A DNA stretch of 64,000 bases from the human T2T-CHM13v2.0 reference genome, Homo sapiens: the NCBI RefSeq assembly GCF_009914755.1, contig NC_060938.1; one strand, written 5' to 3'. Below the pieces are notes generated by a model, which worked only from the letters and a program-made list of their open reading frames with translations, was not told the origin of the DNA and did no database searches. Numbering within the stretch: the stretch's first letter is position 1; the number at the start of each line of letters is the position of its first letter. Below, one piece after another: positions 1-16,007 of the stretch. The position numbers and the translations under genes are program-made.

Positions 1-282
1 ACAGCATCTTAGAATGTTTATAGAAGGACTGGCTTTAAAAGGGGTCATTGATAACGATGCATCAAAAGCTAAATGATTAAGAAAATGTTTGTATTCTCAA
101 CTCCATAGTTGTATTCTCAAGTCTTTCCAGAGGTGACATCTATAAACAGGAAGTCTTCACCAAATAAAGACTGACTCTGAGACAAAGCAGAGTGTGAAGA
201 TCTAAGAAAATGAAAAACCATCCTTTTTGAGGTGGACCAAGGCCATTTGCCTTTGTTTTCTCTTATTTTAAGAACTGGAGGA

Positions 283-585
283 GGTCAGGTGCAATGCCTC
301 ACACCTGTAATCCCAGCACTTTGGGAGGCTCAGGTGGACAGATCACATGAGGCCAGGAGTTCGAGACCAGCCTGGCCAACCTGGCAAAACACTGTCTCTA
401 CTAAAAATTAAAAAGTAGCCAGGTGCGGTGCCGCGTGCCTGTAATCCCACCTACTCAGGAGGCTGAGACAGGAGAATCACTTGAACCCAGGAATCAGAGG
501 TTGCAGTGAACTGAGATCAAGCCACTGCACTCCAGCCTGGGCAACAGAGCAAGACTACACCTCAAAAAAATAAAAATAAAATAAA
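283..585 (+). mobile_element. AluS (Sx/Sz-like)
   Basis: Full dimer with A-tail; TSD AAGAACT(G/A)GAGGA. Confidence 0.95.
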
Positions 586-650
586 AGAACTAGAGGAAAT
601 ATGTGGAATCTGGATTTTTAAAAATAAAATTAATTAATCGTCTAAAGAAG

Positions 651-1088
651 TGTAAAGGTAAACACTGAGTGTCAACTTGACTGTATACACGGATGCAGGG
701 TGTTGATCCTGGGTGTGTCTGTGGGGTGTTACCAAAGGAGATTAGCATTTTAGTCAGTGGGCTGAGGAAGGCAGACCCACCGTTAATCTGGTGGGCACAA
801 TCTAATCAGCTGCCAGTGAATATAAAGCAGGCAGAGAAATGTGAAAGGGGAGACTGGCCTAGCCTCCCAGCCTACATCTTTCTCCCGTGCTGGATGCTTC
901 CTGCCGTTGAACACTGTACGCCACGTTCTTCAGTTTTGGGGCTTGGACTGGCTCTCCTTGCTCCTCAGCTTGCAGACAGCCTATTGTGGGACCTTGTGAT
1001 CGTGCAAGTTAATACTGAATAACTACCCTTTATATATATATATATCTCCTACTAATTCTGTCCCTCTAAGAGAACCCTGACTAATACA
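651..1088 (+). mobile_element. Solo LTR MLT2A2 (HERV-L)
   Basis: TG...CA ends, perfect 5-bp TSD AGAAG (646-650 and 1089-1093), internal GACTGGCCTAGCCTCCCAGCCTACATCTTTCTCCCGTGCTGGATGC, 3' end GAGAACCCTGACTAATACA. Confidence 0.9.
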
Positions 1089-1926
1089 AGAAGTAAAGAG
1101 AGAAAAATGGCGCACAGAATGACTCAGCCCAGGTCTCCTGTGGTCCTGCAGGGACCCACATAGACCTATGACACTTAGAAGCAGAATGAACTTGGCCCCT
1201 ACTGGCATTCTCTCAGTATCACATGAAATAGAGGGCTCACTTATAAAGACTTCTGCAAACTAACTTCCAGCAGTCAGACTGGGAAACAGTTGCACATTTC
1301 CACCCTGTAAACATTTGGCTATGTGGGCATGAGTTAAATGAATACATTATGCAAAATTAGCCCAAAGCAGACTGTTTCTAGCAATATAATCTGTTTAATT
1401 GCATTTTGTTGGCATAGTTAAGAGGGCCTCACCCTTACCCTCATAATTTTCATAAAATAACTGCTATGTTGTTGGTGACTTGTATATTGTCACATTTGAG
1501 CACTTCATAATAAATGCGTATGATGCCTCAAGGGGGCTTTGATCTATTGTTGCCAGGCATCTAATTCATTGTGCATCTGGGACAAAAACCATTCAGCAAT
1601 ACTTTAATATCCTTTGCAGATTGAACAGAACGTCATTAGATGCCTTATACAGAGAGAAACAGCCTTTGGGCAGTATCATATTTATATGAACCATCTTGGA
1701 AGACTGAAAATATTTACAGCCCTATTTGGGCCTTAAGTTTTCCCTATACCATGGGTTTGAGGGTTGCTATTAGTTAAGATTAACGTATTTTAAAAGCATA
1801 CCTAGAACTGACTTGAAATAGGCGATTTCATATAATGTCAAAACAGAACAGAATTAAACTGTCTGTCCTAATTCATATCTTAGTGTTTAGCAGAGATAAA
1901 CTGATAGCATTATAAGTTGTGTATGA

Positions 1927-2331
<405 letters not shown>

Positions 2332-2783
2332 AATAAATAAATATATTTGAATCCACTTTAGTTATGTTTGTTTGCCTATAACCTACTCTATTCCAAAATG
2401 GTACTGAGACAGCTTTCAATAAAAAAACTGTATGTCAAAAAACATGAGGAAATTAGAGAAACAGAAAATTTAGTTCATTAACCTTTCAGTAATTCAATAT
2501 GCCAATCAACAATAGCTAATAAGATACCAGCCATTGTAGTCAATTACTGATTTTGTCTAAATTATAGTTTTCTGTCTCAATTGTAGGCTGTAAATAAAGA
2601 GAAATTACTAGTCTTCATGAACTTCTTATTTGATTTTAAAATTTAAGAAATGCATTTTGAAAACTTAAGTGGTTATGGTTGACACTGTTTTTGGTAAACA
2701 AAGTTAGTTATATATCTTTATATAAAAAATTATGCTACTGTGTATCATTATTCTCAATGGAAAATAAGCCAACAACAGTGTAG

Positions 2784-3103
2784 CTTTTCTTTTCTTTTTT
2801 TTTTTTTTTTTTTTTTGGAGACAGGGTCTCCCTCTATCATTCAGGCTAGAGTGCACTGTCACAATCAGAGCTTACTGCAGCCTATACCTTCCATGCTCAA
2901 TTGATCTTCCCACCTCAGCATCCCAAGTAACCGGGAGTATAGGTGTGCACCACCACACCCAGCTAATTTTTTTTTTACTTTTTGTAGAGATGGGATCTCA
3001 CTATGTTACCCAGGGTGGTCTTGTACTCCTGGGCTCAAGCAATCCTCCTGCCTCGGCCTCCCCAAATGCTGGGATTACAGGCATGAACCACCACACGTGG
3101 GCC
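2784..3103 (-). mobile_element. AluJ
   Basis: Diverged dimer with CTCCTGGGCTCAAGCAATCCTCC and a poly-T tail. Confidence 0.92.
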
Positions 3104-3663
3104 AATACTGTCAAAGCTTTGATATGCTTCATGATTAAAAAAGAAAAAGCCAGTATATGTCCTAGAATGAACATATAATTACAACAAAATAAATTATATC
3201 TCCATAACCTCTCCCAGTTTACCCAGAGCTGCCTTTGTAATTTTTCCCTTTTTCTTTAATCTATAATTTTCATTTAAACAGATTTAAGTTCAACCTGCAG
3301 GTTCATTACTCCACCCACCCTTCCAAACCACCAATCCCTGAACCCCACTCTCAACACACTCGCAGGGCTTAATCCTGAAAAGAAAAGTAAGCATTGCTAG
3401 AACAATGAAAGGGCATTAGGAGGTAGGAGAAGTAGACAAGGGAAGACCACTCCCAGGAAGTAATGAAGATACTTCCATGCTATTTCAGATGGTTTTAATA
3501 AATCAGTGGCTCTTATTTTTGTGGTAATAGACTTTGAGAGTCTAATAAAACTTGACATTCTCCCTAGGAAAATGTACATTATATGCAACACACATATGTA
3601 ATTTTATATATACTTTTTGGGGTAATGCAGACTCTCTGAAGCCTACCCATGGGCCTCCAAATC

Positions 3664-3973
<310 letters not shown>

Positions 3974-4646
3974 CAAGTCTTTTTACTCCAAATAAAAACA
4001 CCTAAAATAAGACATAAGAATATCATAAAAATAAATTATTGTATTACACTAAATGTATTTATTTCCTCTTTATGAAACATGTCTAGATACATAACCTCAG
4101 TAACAAAGAAATAAACAATTATGACTATAACTAAGGGCTCTTATAGGGCAGAAGTAAAAATGTAAAATTCTAAGTGGGAGTGAAGGGTTAAACAAAAAAC
4201 AAAGGAAAATTTTTCTTCAAATACTTGGAAGAAAAGAGTTTTCTGGGAAAAAGCCTGTTTTGTTGCTACTGTTTATATGTGATTGGATAGTCCCTTTTCT
4301 ATTATTCTTTAGTTCTAAGAAAGGGAAAGTTTATGAAACACCTAAATTGACATAAATATTTTTAAAAATGTTTACTCTTAATGACTGTACATGTAGTCAC
4401 TGCATAGATATTGGATTACAATGGAGCAGTGCTAATAGCTGTTCTTACCAATAAGTGAATATTACACTTTCTAAGTAAAAATAATGTGGCTAGACATCAT
4501 GTTTTAATTTGTTCTGGGTTTGACAGATCAGGTAAGGAGAAGCCATATGATATAGGATTCCCTCAATATACAAATTATTTTGGGGGAAGCCTAAAGCATG
4601 TATACAATAAAAAGATGTATTTTAACTTTTGAGGTTAATGAGGTTT

Positions 4647-5712
<1,066 letters not shown>

Positions 5713-8700
5713 GTTTGTAACTAGCCTTAAGCTGTACATATTCATTTGCTACCACAATGAAGTGTACTTTAGAATTTAGGAATGGACCAAGGCAAATTCA
5801 TTAGTATCACTGGAGATGAGCAAATATTTGTAGGCTGTTAGGAAATGAGCATTAAATGGATCATTTGTTATCAGAATATCTAATCATTAAAAGTTTATTT
5901 GATTCAGCTGAGCTAATCAGCCACATCGATTCATCCATCACATCTCAGAGATGAATTAGAAACTTATAGGTCTAAATAATAATAATTCTTCTGCCTCTGG
6001 TGAGTACAGTTGAAAAGTCTAGTGACTTTATTTTATCATAATAATGCAGCATTTTCCAAGAATGCTTTAAAGATATCATTAGCATATGAAAAAGCATAAC
6101 ACTGGCATAAAAACGTAAGAAGAGTCTTCTATCTTTTCCACATCTTAGAAGCTTGAAGAGTATAGAATAATTCTGGCAACTTCTCTGGGACTTAGGGACC
6201 ATGATGGACATATACTTTTCAAAAAGAAAAACCCACATTGAGGACTCCCTACCATCACTATTGTAAAATACAAAGCCTGTCTTCTGGAAGAAAAATCCAC
6301 TCAACTTCACCCAAAGAGACCACTGCATGGCGTTCTTCCTTCCAAAGTCAACTCTGTTTAATCCACACTCACAGTTTACCTGCTACTTCCTAAATAAACC
6401 CTATAGAATGAAATACAAATATATATATTTTTTCTCCTCAGCATTTCCCCATGACAATCCATTACGTTTTAAAAATTTGTCAGTCATTTTAAATAATTAA
6501 AAGAGCTAGAAGTCATTTTATTTGAAATTATTTGAATACATTTAAAATAGTATTCTTTGCCAAACTTTAAGATAATGAAAAGGGAAAGGCTTTGATTAAT
6601 CATCACACACAAAAGGTCAGCATTTCTTACAGTGATTTAAAAAAAATTCAAACAAAATCAAGACAAAAATCACTATCTCAGTGTAGCAACATCAAAAAAA
6701 GCTTTAAAATGTAGCATAAGTTGGCTTTGAATATACCAAATGCATCTGTGATTTATATATAAAATTGTATGCTATCTATTAAAAGTCAGTGAAAGAAGTT
6801 TGTCTATACATCAAATACTCCAGGATGGGTGGCATTGGAGCAGCTTGCACTGGTTTCCCAATCATCCTGTGTTCACTGTAACCATCATTAGATACCTGTA
6901 GTCAATTTCTGTTCATTCATTTCACTGGCTGCTTATGTGCCTTTTCAAACAACCTACTTCAGCGTCTAAAATAACACAACACACATATTGAAGAAAAAAA
7001 AAACAGCGAGGCTTAAAGATTTTGTCTGAAAAGTTGTCAAGGAAAAAAAAAAAAACCAACATTTTGACTTAGGAAGAAAAGCCAATTTAAAGTGATATGT
7101 CATGTTCTAGCCTACAGGGAAGCCCAATAATGGTCCTTGTTGCCTGATTTTCAACCTGGGTGTGGCAAATCTCTGATAGAACCAGAAGCAGAAACAATCA
7201 CAGGATTTAAAAACAGACTCAAGGTGGTTGATCCACATTTCCAATATGTTCTGTCATTTACTACTATTGCCTTGACAGAGACCTGAGGGCAGCCAGTTGT
7301 TCTTCTGTAGCTTTCTTCTGCTGTGTTCTCTGGTGGGTGTTTTAGTTTGTGGTTTTATTATGAGGAGATTATTGACCATTATACTTCAGTTTTGACATTG
7401 TTCAGGAAAGGCTGCGGTTGTATTTATATTGAAGTGGGGTATGTGTACGGGTTTGTGGGGTGAAGAATACAAGTGGGGAAAACAAAGAAGATGAAGAGAA
7501 AGATACAGAAATGGGGGTCTATTGGTTTGTTGGGACAGATTTCAGACTGGAAAATGCAGCCTGAGCGGCAAGGTAGGGTTTTATTTAAAATCCCTATACA
7601 TACTTCTAGGTAGCTATATGAAACTGACACCAAAAATTCTGAGACTACCCTTTAAATTTCAAATCACGAAGCAAAGCTATGAGCTTTCTTTTCCTTATTT
7701 TCCTTTAAAATAATCATTTCAAGATTCTTCCTTTAAAGCACAACGTAATGTGGTACATAGGTGTGTGCTACAGAATATCACTACAGACAAAATGAAGGGC
7801 AAGAGACAGAATTATCTTTCTCCAGGGACTGTCAAATTCTCCAGTGAAACTGCTCGTAACAGGTAACAAAGGTGAGTGACATCTGGACTGGAGAACAACT
7901 AAAGATTATTTGCAGATAAAATAAAGACTATGATGGTGGCTAGGGGCAATGCAAAGGACAACCAGTGCAATTTCAGATGCTGACTGTCCCCACAAAGAGA
8001 TGGAGAAAGAGGAATTGAGGAGTACCAGGAGAAGGCCAACAACTCAGAAACCAGCACACCATATATTTTTCAAGGATTTACATTTAAAAAAAAAAAAGTA
8101 CACGACACCAGTCGTGAGGTTAGTCATGTATCAATGGCATATGCCCTGAACTCCTATGCAAATCATATTGCAAGAATGATTATGGCATAATTTATGAGCA
8201 GGCTTGTGTCATGCAGAACTTGTGGAAAATAAGAGGGTATGCTTTCATTTTCAGGTACACAAAGGGTTGTGTATCTGACTGCCACTGAATATAGTTGGTC
8301 TAATGAGACTCCCTGAGGCTGACATCTCCTTTGTTTCCCCGAAGGGCACATATCTCCTAGGCTTCTAGGTGAAAAAGTTTACAGAGAAACCCATATAACC
8401 ACAGAATCCTTCCTCCCACGCCGTGTTCTCCTGAGTCTTTAAATTACAGCACTGGATTGTTAACTATCATGCATGTCACACAGCTGAGTCATTAAATGCT
8501 ACAAGTAAATAGTCCACCTTTGGAATTAATGACTTACCTTTGGGCAATTCCAGTAATCCACATCATAATTTACATGCAGAGTCATTTACAGGAACTAATG
8601 CACAAGGAACATTGTAATGGAGACTCTTTCTTGCCCGTCACTCTCATATTCTTTCTGTGTGCTTCTGTGTTCAGTTACCCCTCAGCATTCTACACTAGAG

Positions 8701-9836
8701 GGGCTGCTGATGAGGATGATCAACATCGAAGCAGAAAGTCTTAAACTAATACAATGGCTGAGATGGGGTAGCTTTTTCTTGCTTCTTAATTCAGTTTGAC
8801 TGAGATTAAAACTATTATTAATCTCCATTTCCCAACACACACGCGCAGGTAAGAAGGGAAATGTAGCTAAACAATTTAAAGTAACCAGATTATCTGCCCT
8901 CTGATTATCATTGGTACACTCTTCTTTCTAAGAACAACGAGGGGAAAAAAAAACCAACAACTAAGTTTTTAGCTGCACTTCTGGGAAGCATACATGAAGG
9001 CTGACTTATCCTATATGCACTAAAATAAAGCAGATGTATATTAACTGTTCAGTCCCAAATATCCTAAATATTCCTACCTATGAAATACTTAACTGCTTTT
9101 TCTTCAAACTGAGCTTCACTCTGATTTCTCACTGCAGTCTGACTAGCATCTTCCCAAGGTGGAAGTTTAAACAGTAGCTTCGGCTGTTTGAGAGAGATGT
9201 GAGTTATGAAAAAGAGTTGGAAAGCTCTATTATCTTAAAGTAATTGAAAATGTTATAAATAGTAATAGCTATAAAAACAGCACTAATTTGACTATAATAA
9301 TTTCAAACAAATTTCTAAATTTCTGCATTTAGAGAAAATGATATGATGTAGTACTTTTAAAATGGTCCCCCAAATAATTCCTTACCCAAATTAAAGTCAC
9401 AAATTTCAGGGACATTATTACTTTAAATCTAAAACATTTTACTTTTCAGGACTATAAATAAAGAGTAGTGATTTAGCTCAAAGCATCCTCAACTGTATTG
9501 CTTTCAAAATCATCCCTGGAAGTAAGTGATCTTAAATTCCAAAGTCTATGAAATGAAGGAATAAATTGGATGAGAGTTTGTTAATAGCCTCACCTGGGCA
9601 GTTTTCGCCGGTAATGACAGCTACTCACAACCTTACCTGTGGATAATGGAATGCTGATACAGTGTGGTTGTAGGAGTTCAGAAAAGTCTGATTACTCAAA
9701 ATTATACTTTCTTTCCATTTACCAAATTATTTCAAATTCTACCAACAGAAATTTATTCTTTGAGGAAAAATTCAAAAAAATATTCTTATTAGACTCTCCC
9801 TATGCCAGTTAACAGTTAAACTAGTTCATTCTAAAG

Positions 9837-9960
9837 CAGGGGTAAGCAAAGTCCAGGCAGGCACCTGTTTTTATAGGCCCATGAACTGAAAGTGGTCTTT
9901 ACATGTTTATTTGGTTGAAACCAATCAAAGCAAGGATAATATTGCATAACATAAAAATAC
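9837..9960 (+). mobile_element. MER58B-like hAT-Charlie fragment
   Basis: CAGGGGTAAGCAAA terminus followed by CCTGTTTTTATAGGCCCATGAACTGAAAGTGGTCTTTACA. Confidence 0.6.
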
Positions 9961-10257
9961 TCTAGACAGGTTGGTCAGCTTACATCCCTATGAAGAGGTA
10001 ACATTTGAGCTGAAACCTAAAAGAAGGAAATGAGCCAGCCACTGAAAGAGCTAAAGGAAAAGTATTACCGAGAGAGGCAGATGCAGAGATCCTGGGATAG
10101 GAATGGGTTTCCTTAATTTTAAGAACAAAAGGGACACTGGTATGTGTTATGGCTATTAACGAAAACATCCCTTTATATTACTAGTACCATAAAAATCAAA
10201 ACTATTTATTGTAAGTTTAATTGCCAAAACTGCATTGGGTACTTTTAACATATGTTC

Positions 10258-10554
<297 letters not shown>

Positions 10555-13043
10555 CATATGTTCTTATTTTTAATGTTCATGAAAACTTCCAGTAGGAGGA
10601 TATCATTAATTTCACTCATTTAAAGCCAGGAACATAGACTTCAAAGACATTAAGTGTGTTGAAGTCCATGTTGTGATTAAATGTAGGGGGTCGGGGAGGC
10701 TGGTCTGTAATCCAGCTCCATTTGACTCAAAACAGTCTATACTAACCTCAAAAACAAATTAAAAATTGTGAGAGTGTGTGTGTGTGTATTTTTTCTACTT
10801 AACAGCCCAGCAAAATGGAACTAATGGAAATATCATATGCATACAGTGAGGTTTTATGAGCAAATAGACAATAAATTCTTTTTTTTATTAGCATCAGGGT
10901 GACTTTGTGGTTTTCCATGGTAGAGGTTAGGGGATGCACTGGGTAACTGCCCTGGAGCCTCTTCCTTAAAGTATGCCAAAACAGACTTCCAGAACCTCAT
11001 TTTTAACAGGCATTAGGTAACAGTGTAATAAAACATACTATATCAATAAAATTTAATGCCCAAATAAAAAAATTATTTGTATACATTTTTATATTTATTT
11101 CACTATATAATAAAGGGGCTATTATATTGTTGCCATATGTCTTTTCTAAGTAAGTTGCAACTCCTTACTTATCTGGGTCTGACATCAGGACAGCTGAAGC
11201 ACATGGCAGTCAATACCACTGCGGAAACAGCACAAGAAAGGATTGAGGAAAGCAAAGACCTAAACTTAATTAGCTGTAATATTGTGCAGCTAAATGACAC
11301 CTATATTGTGCTGGTCCCTTAGATTTTTTGGATCTGGACCGCAGGGGTTAGATTCATCACTGAGATCATATCTGGCCTCTGTGCTTCAATCCCTGTTTCA
11401 GTCGTGACCAATGTATTGGTTCTTTTCTCACAGTGAAATAAGAACTAGGGATTTCTATTACAACCAGAATGTAGTAAAGGCATGGAATCTCTTGTAGGTA
11501 CTATTTTCTATTTTACTTTATGGGCAAATACAGAAATATTACTTACAGACATTACATGTTATTTATTAACATGCTAATAAGCCTTCACACATTTAAAAGT
11601 AAACATTAAACTTCTAACAAATTAAATCTAGAATAGTACATGTAATGCAGAGACACTGGAAAAGGAATGCACTTTAGAATCAATTTTTAAAAAGTAAAAT
11701 AATCAACTGATTATAATAAAAGTAAAAAGTATAAGAGGAGATGCTTATTAGTCATTTTTGCAGCTCATTTTAGTTTTGTCACTTTTTGCACAATTTAAAA
11801 TTTATGGAAACGTTCTAATGTTGCCTTTAATTTTTTTGCCAGAATTATTTTGAACTTGGTTGAAAACTGAAATTGACGAAGAAGGAAAAAAAATGGAAGA
11901 AATTGAAAGAAAAAGAGGCCAGGATCCTAAACAAATCAGAACAAAAAAAAAGAAAGGTGAGGAGATTCTGTTTTTCATTGCTCTTAAGTATAGTAGTATA
12001 GAAGCCAAGAAAGTTCAAAAACAAGTACTAGTTCTCTCACCGGCTGAGGAAGTATGAGTCTCAGCGACATTATCCATACAATTACAATAGTAGTTACGTA
12101 CCTTGGAGGATTGTTGCGAGTAATAATTTACATAGATTTAGCAGTTTTACCACAGTGTATGACACAAAGAATTGCTTGGTTTCATGTGTGACTTTTTCCC
12201 TCTCCTTTGACATACAGACCATCACCCTTTGGGCTGATTTAGCACAATCCTGACGGGAGTTAGCAAGTGCTAAATAAGTATTTGTTAGTAGACTGAAGCA
12301 TAAAATAAGTGAGTTTTTAAGATCCCAGACTGGGGAAATCCTCTGCAGTGTTTCTGTATATTCTGGAAAATCAGCTAGAGATTGGGTGGGGAGATGGCCT
12401 TAGAAGTGAGAACTACAGTTTCTTTTAATCATGTATTATTAGTACTTAGGATCTCAGAGATTTGTTTCATGAGTCAATGAAAATGTGTTTCAACCAGAAA
12501 GGTATTATTGCTGAGCATTTATTTCCAAATCTGTTGCACACTATAGTCATTACCCAGAATATTGCTTTTCACAATTCTCATTGTTATCCAGAGATAGACG
12601 ATAAAATGGATTAACATAGATATTTGCCCAAAGTTTGAGGTCTGTCTAGGGATGTGCTGTGAGAGGTATAAGCAATGTACTGTAAAATATTAAGGGGAAT
12701 GATCTTGAAGTGATCACTTATGTTCTGTAACACAAATGAGATTGCCCCAAATTACAGGGTGCCCACTGACTCGAGACTGGCAAAAACTCCCAGATAAACT
12801 TAAGACTGAAACATCATAATGTGTTGAGATTTGAAAACAACAAAAAAAAACACAAGAAAACATACACTGCTATCTACATAAGCCCCAATGCCCATGGAGC
12901 TCAGAGCTCAGACTCTTGACAGTTGAGCCAAGGTATGTTTTCTGGAAGCGTTGCTTTTCACAAAGTCAACTGTAAAGGGGATAGTGTATGAAGATGAGTC
13001 AAATCATCTTCCCCCTGGTGGGAGGAATTTACCTATTCTGTAA

Positions 13044-13363
<320 letters not shown>

Positions 13364-16007
13364 TTTTTTACTACTAACTTTTTAAATAAACTTTCTGTCA
13401 CAGAGAAATATTTGGGCTTTTGAGCTCAAAGACTATGCTTTGATTTTCCATTTTAACAATGTTTCCAAATGATGTGTGTGTTTTTAGAAGCTTTTTTAGA
13501 AGCTTGATTCAAGCAGACTGCTGAGTCTTGAAGTCTTGCGCTTTTCATCCCATTGGATAAACAGAACCAGGCATGTTTTTATATTTCTTTTATTCTCAAA
13601 TGAAAATGACCTAGTCAATCAACTTCGATATATTCAGACACAAGAATACTTCTTTCGTAGGGTATTCTATTTTCAAGTTTTATACTGTCATAAATTTGGG
13701 ATTAATATTAAGTTGCAAATTTCAGGTAAAACAGAGTGACAAGGTTTAATGAGCACTACAATTTCAGTGGAATCCTTTTTACTGAGAGTGGGTCCCTGCT
13801 CTCATGAGGTCTCTTGATGTAGTAAATTGAAGGGTGTAAACCTAATTGGCTGAGAACCTGTTTGACCCCAAGGCAGACTGCTAATGCGTTCTTTCTGGTG
13901 TAACTTTGTACCAAATTTAAGGTTGGTAAGCCTGTTCACCTTTCGAGAAAATAGAGATTTTAATGAGCTGTTAAGTTACCTCTGCCTGAAAGTGGCAAAG
14001 GGTCGCCCAACCTTCCATCCCCACAACACTGTATTTTGTTTTGTTTATGCCATTGCTTAGAACAATTATTTTTAAATCACATTTCAGAAGAAGACATAGA
14101 GATACGCAGTTATTTGCCTAAGCTTTGAGGAATGCACCTTGAGAAGAATACGTGGGTATGCATTACATTTTGGTTTCCAGAATAATAAAAATTCTGTTAT
14201 AACTCTCACGAGTCATCTTAGGGATGAGTAGGGACTGTATTACTTTCTAGTTTAATGAAACCTTAAACAGTTAATCCTAATTTATCAATTTATTCAAATT
14301 GAGATTTCTAAAAATGTACTTTAGTATCTCCCAAGAAAATGGGAATTTCTGGGGAAATGAATTGCTTCAGTTCTTTCTGAGATCCAGTGAGAGAGCAGAG
14401 CATTCCCTGTCACCCTCATCCTTCTAAAGCAATTCCGAGGGAACTCTAAAATGGACTCGTGGCTGCCCCACCCTGCATTTCTACCTGCAATCTCTAAAAG
14501 TACTGGTTATGGGCATGCTACAGTTCGGCAGAAAAGACTGACAGCAAAACCACAGAAATTATCCACCTGGTCGATCAATAGCCCAGTTTCTCACACGGTT
14601 TCCTTACCAGGAGGATTAGCCATCTACTGGGTATTGAGAGGTTCATGTACTATCTTGCCAGCTTCCAGGAGGGTAATTTATTTGCTAATGACAGTCGCAT
14701 TCTTTGGTGGCTTTTCCTGCCCGGTTTATCTCCAACAGTTGTGCCTGACAACTCTACACTGGCATTCTTTATATTATAACACCCTAATATTAATATTTAT
14801 TACACTTGTTCCAAAAGAACCAAGAAGGTATATTCTATTTTTTTCCTCGAAAGACTGTGTTGCCATAGGCTACTCCATAAGTAGCTGAAATAAATAATGG
14901 CTGGGGAAGAGATTATTTTCCCCTTACTGCTCATTTCAAATGTTTTTGCCTAAGCACTATTGAGGTGACAAAAACAAAATCTAACACCTGTCCCTCCACC
15001 CCTAAAACAGTACTAAAAAGAAAATCGAACCCTTCAACTGGGAGATTCCAGACTATTTTTCAAAGCCAACTGATAGACAACTTAAAAATGATTATGGGTC
15101 ATCTGAAAAACAGCATGGCACTAATGATATTTAATATCCTTCAGGCAGAGCTTCTGGAATGTCTCAGAAAAATCAGTCACTTAAATATATATATTCAAGA
15201 TTGTACATATTTTTATATATTTTATTATAGATTTATATAATACAATATTATATATAAATCTGTAATTAAAATCTATTATATAGTATATGAAATATTCATA
15301 TACATGTATATATACAAAATCTGTAAACCCACTGTTAGAAATTAACAAGATTGAAAAGGATTCAGTTCATTTCTAATAAAATTTCTAATAATACCAAATA
15401 ATGTGTTCAAAAATACTTATGACAACATTTAGATTACAGGTCCTACAACTAAAATGCTTCCTTTCTCCTCCTAAAATAATGAGAATGATATTCATATGTA
15501 GCCCAATAATCAATTAATTATTGCCACATCATGACTTTTTTTTCGATTTTTCATTATATTTAGCAGCTGGCCAAAGACATAATACTACTTTCTTCAGCAT
15601 AATCTGATGAAAATATGAATTTAAATTTCAGAGTTGACCATGGCAGGGGGGAAGGTAAGAGAAAGGGCAAGGGTAGAAGGTGGCGGAAGAGGGAAGGAGA
15701 AGCCCGATGGGGGCAGAGACCTCTGACTTGTTTATTGCTTTATCCCTAAGCATGCAGCATCATGTCTGACACATAGTAGGTGTAAACAGTCACTGTGTGG
15801 AATTAATATTTATTGCAACCTGTCAGGCACCAAAGTTTTCACATTTCTTATGGTAGCTAATCCTCTCAAGAGTCCTATGAAATCAGTATTATTATTATCC
15901 TTAATTTACAATATCTATATATTGTGCTGACGCAAAGTAACCTACCAATGGCTTAGTATGAAAGGAAAATGAATAGTAAAAATTATGTTCATAATCATCT
16001 AGTTTTA

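Noticed and set aside
693-1022. 109-aa ORF
   Set aside because: Lies wholly within the MLT2A2 LTR; no coding support
14451-14888. 145-aa + strand ORF, and a minus-strand donor CTG|GTAAGG at 14608/14607
   Set aside because: No recognisable protein; the putative minus exon has a purine-rich acceptor and stop codons
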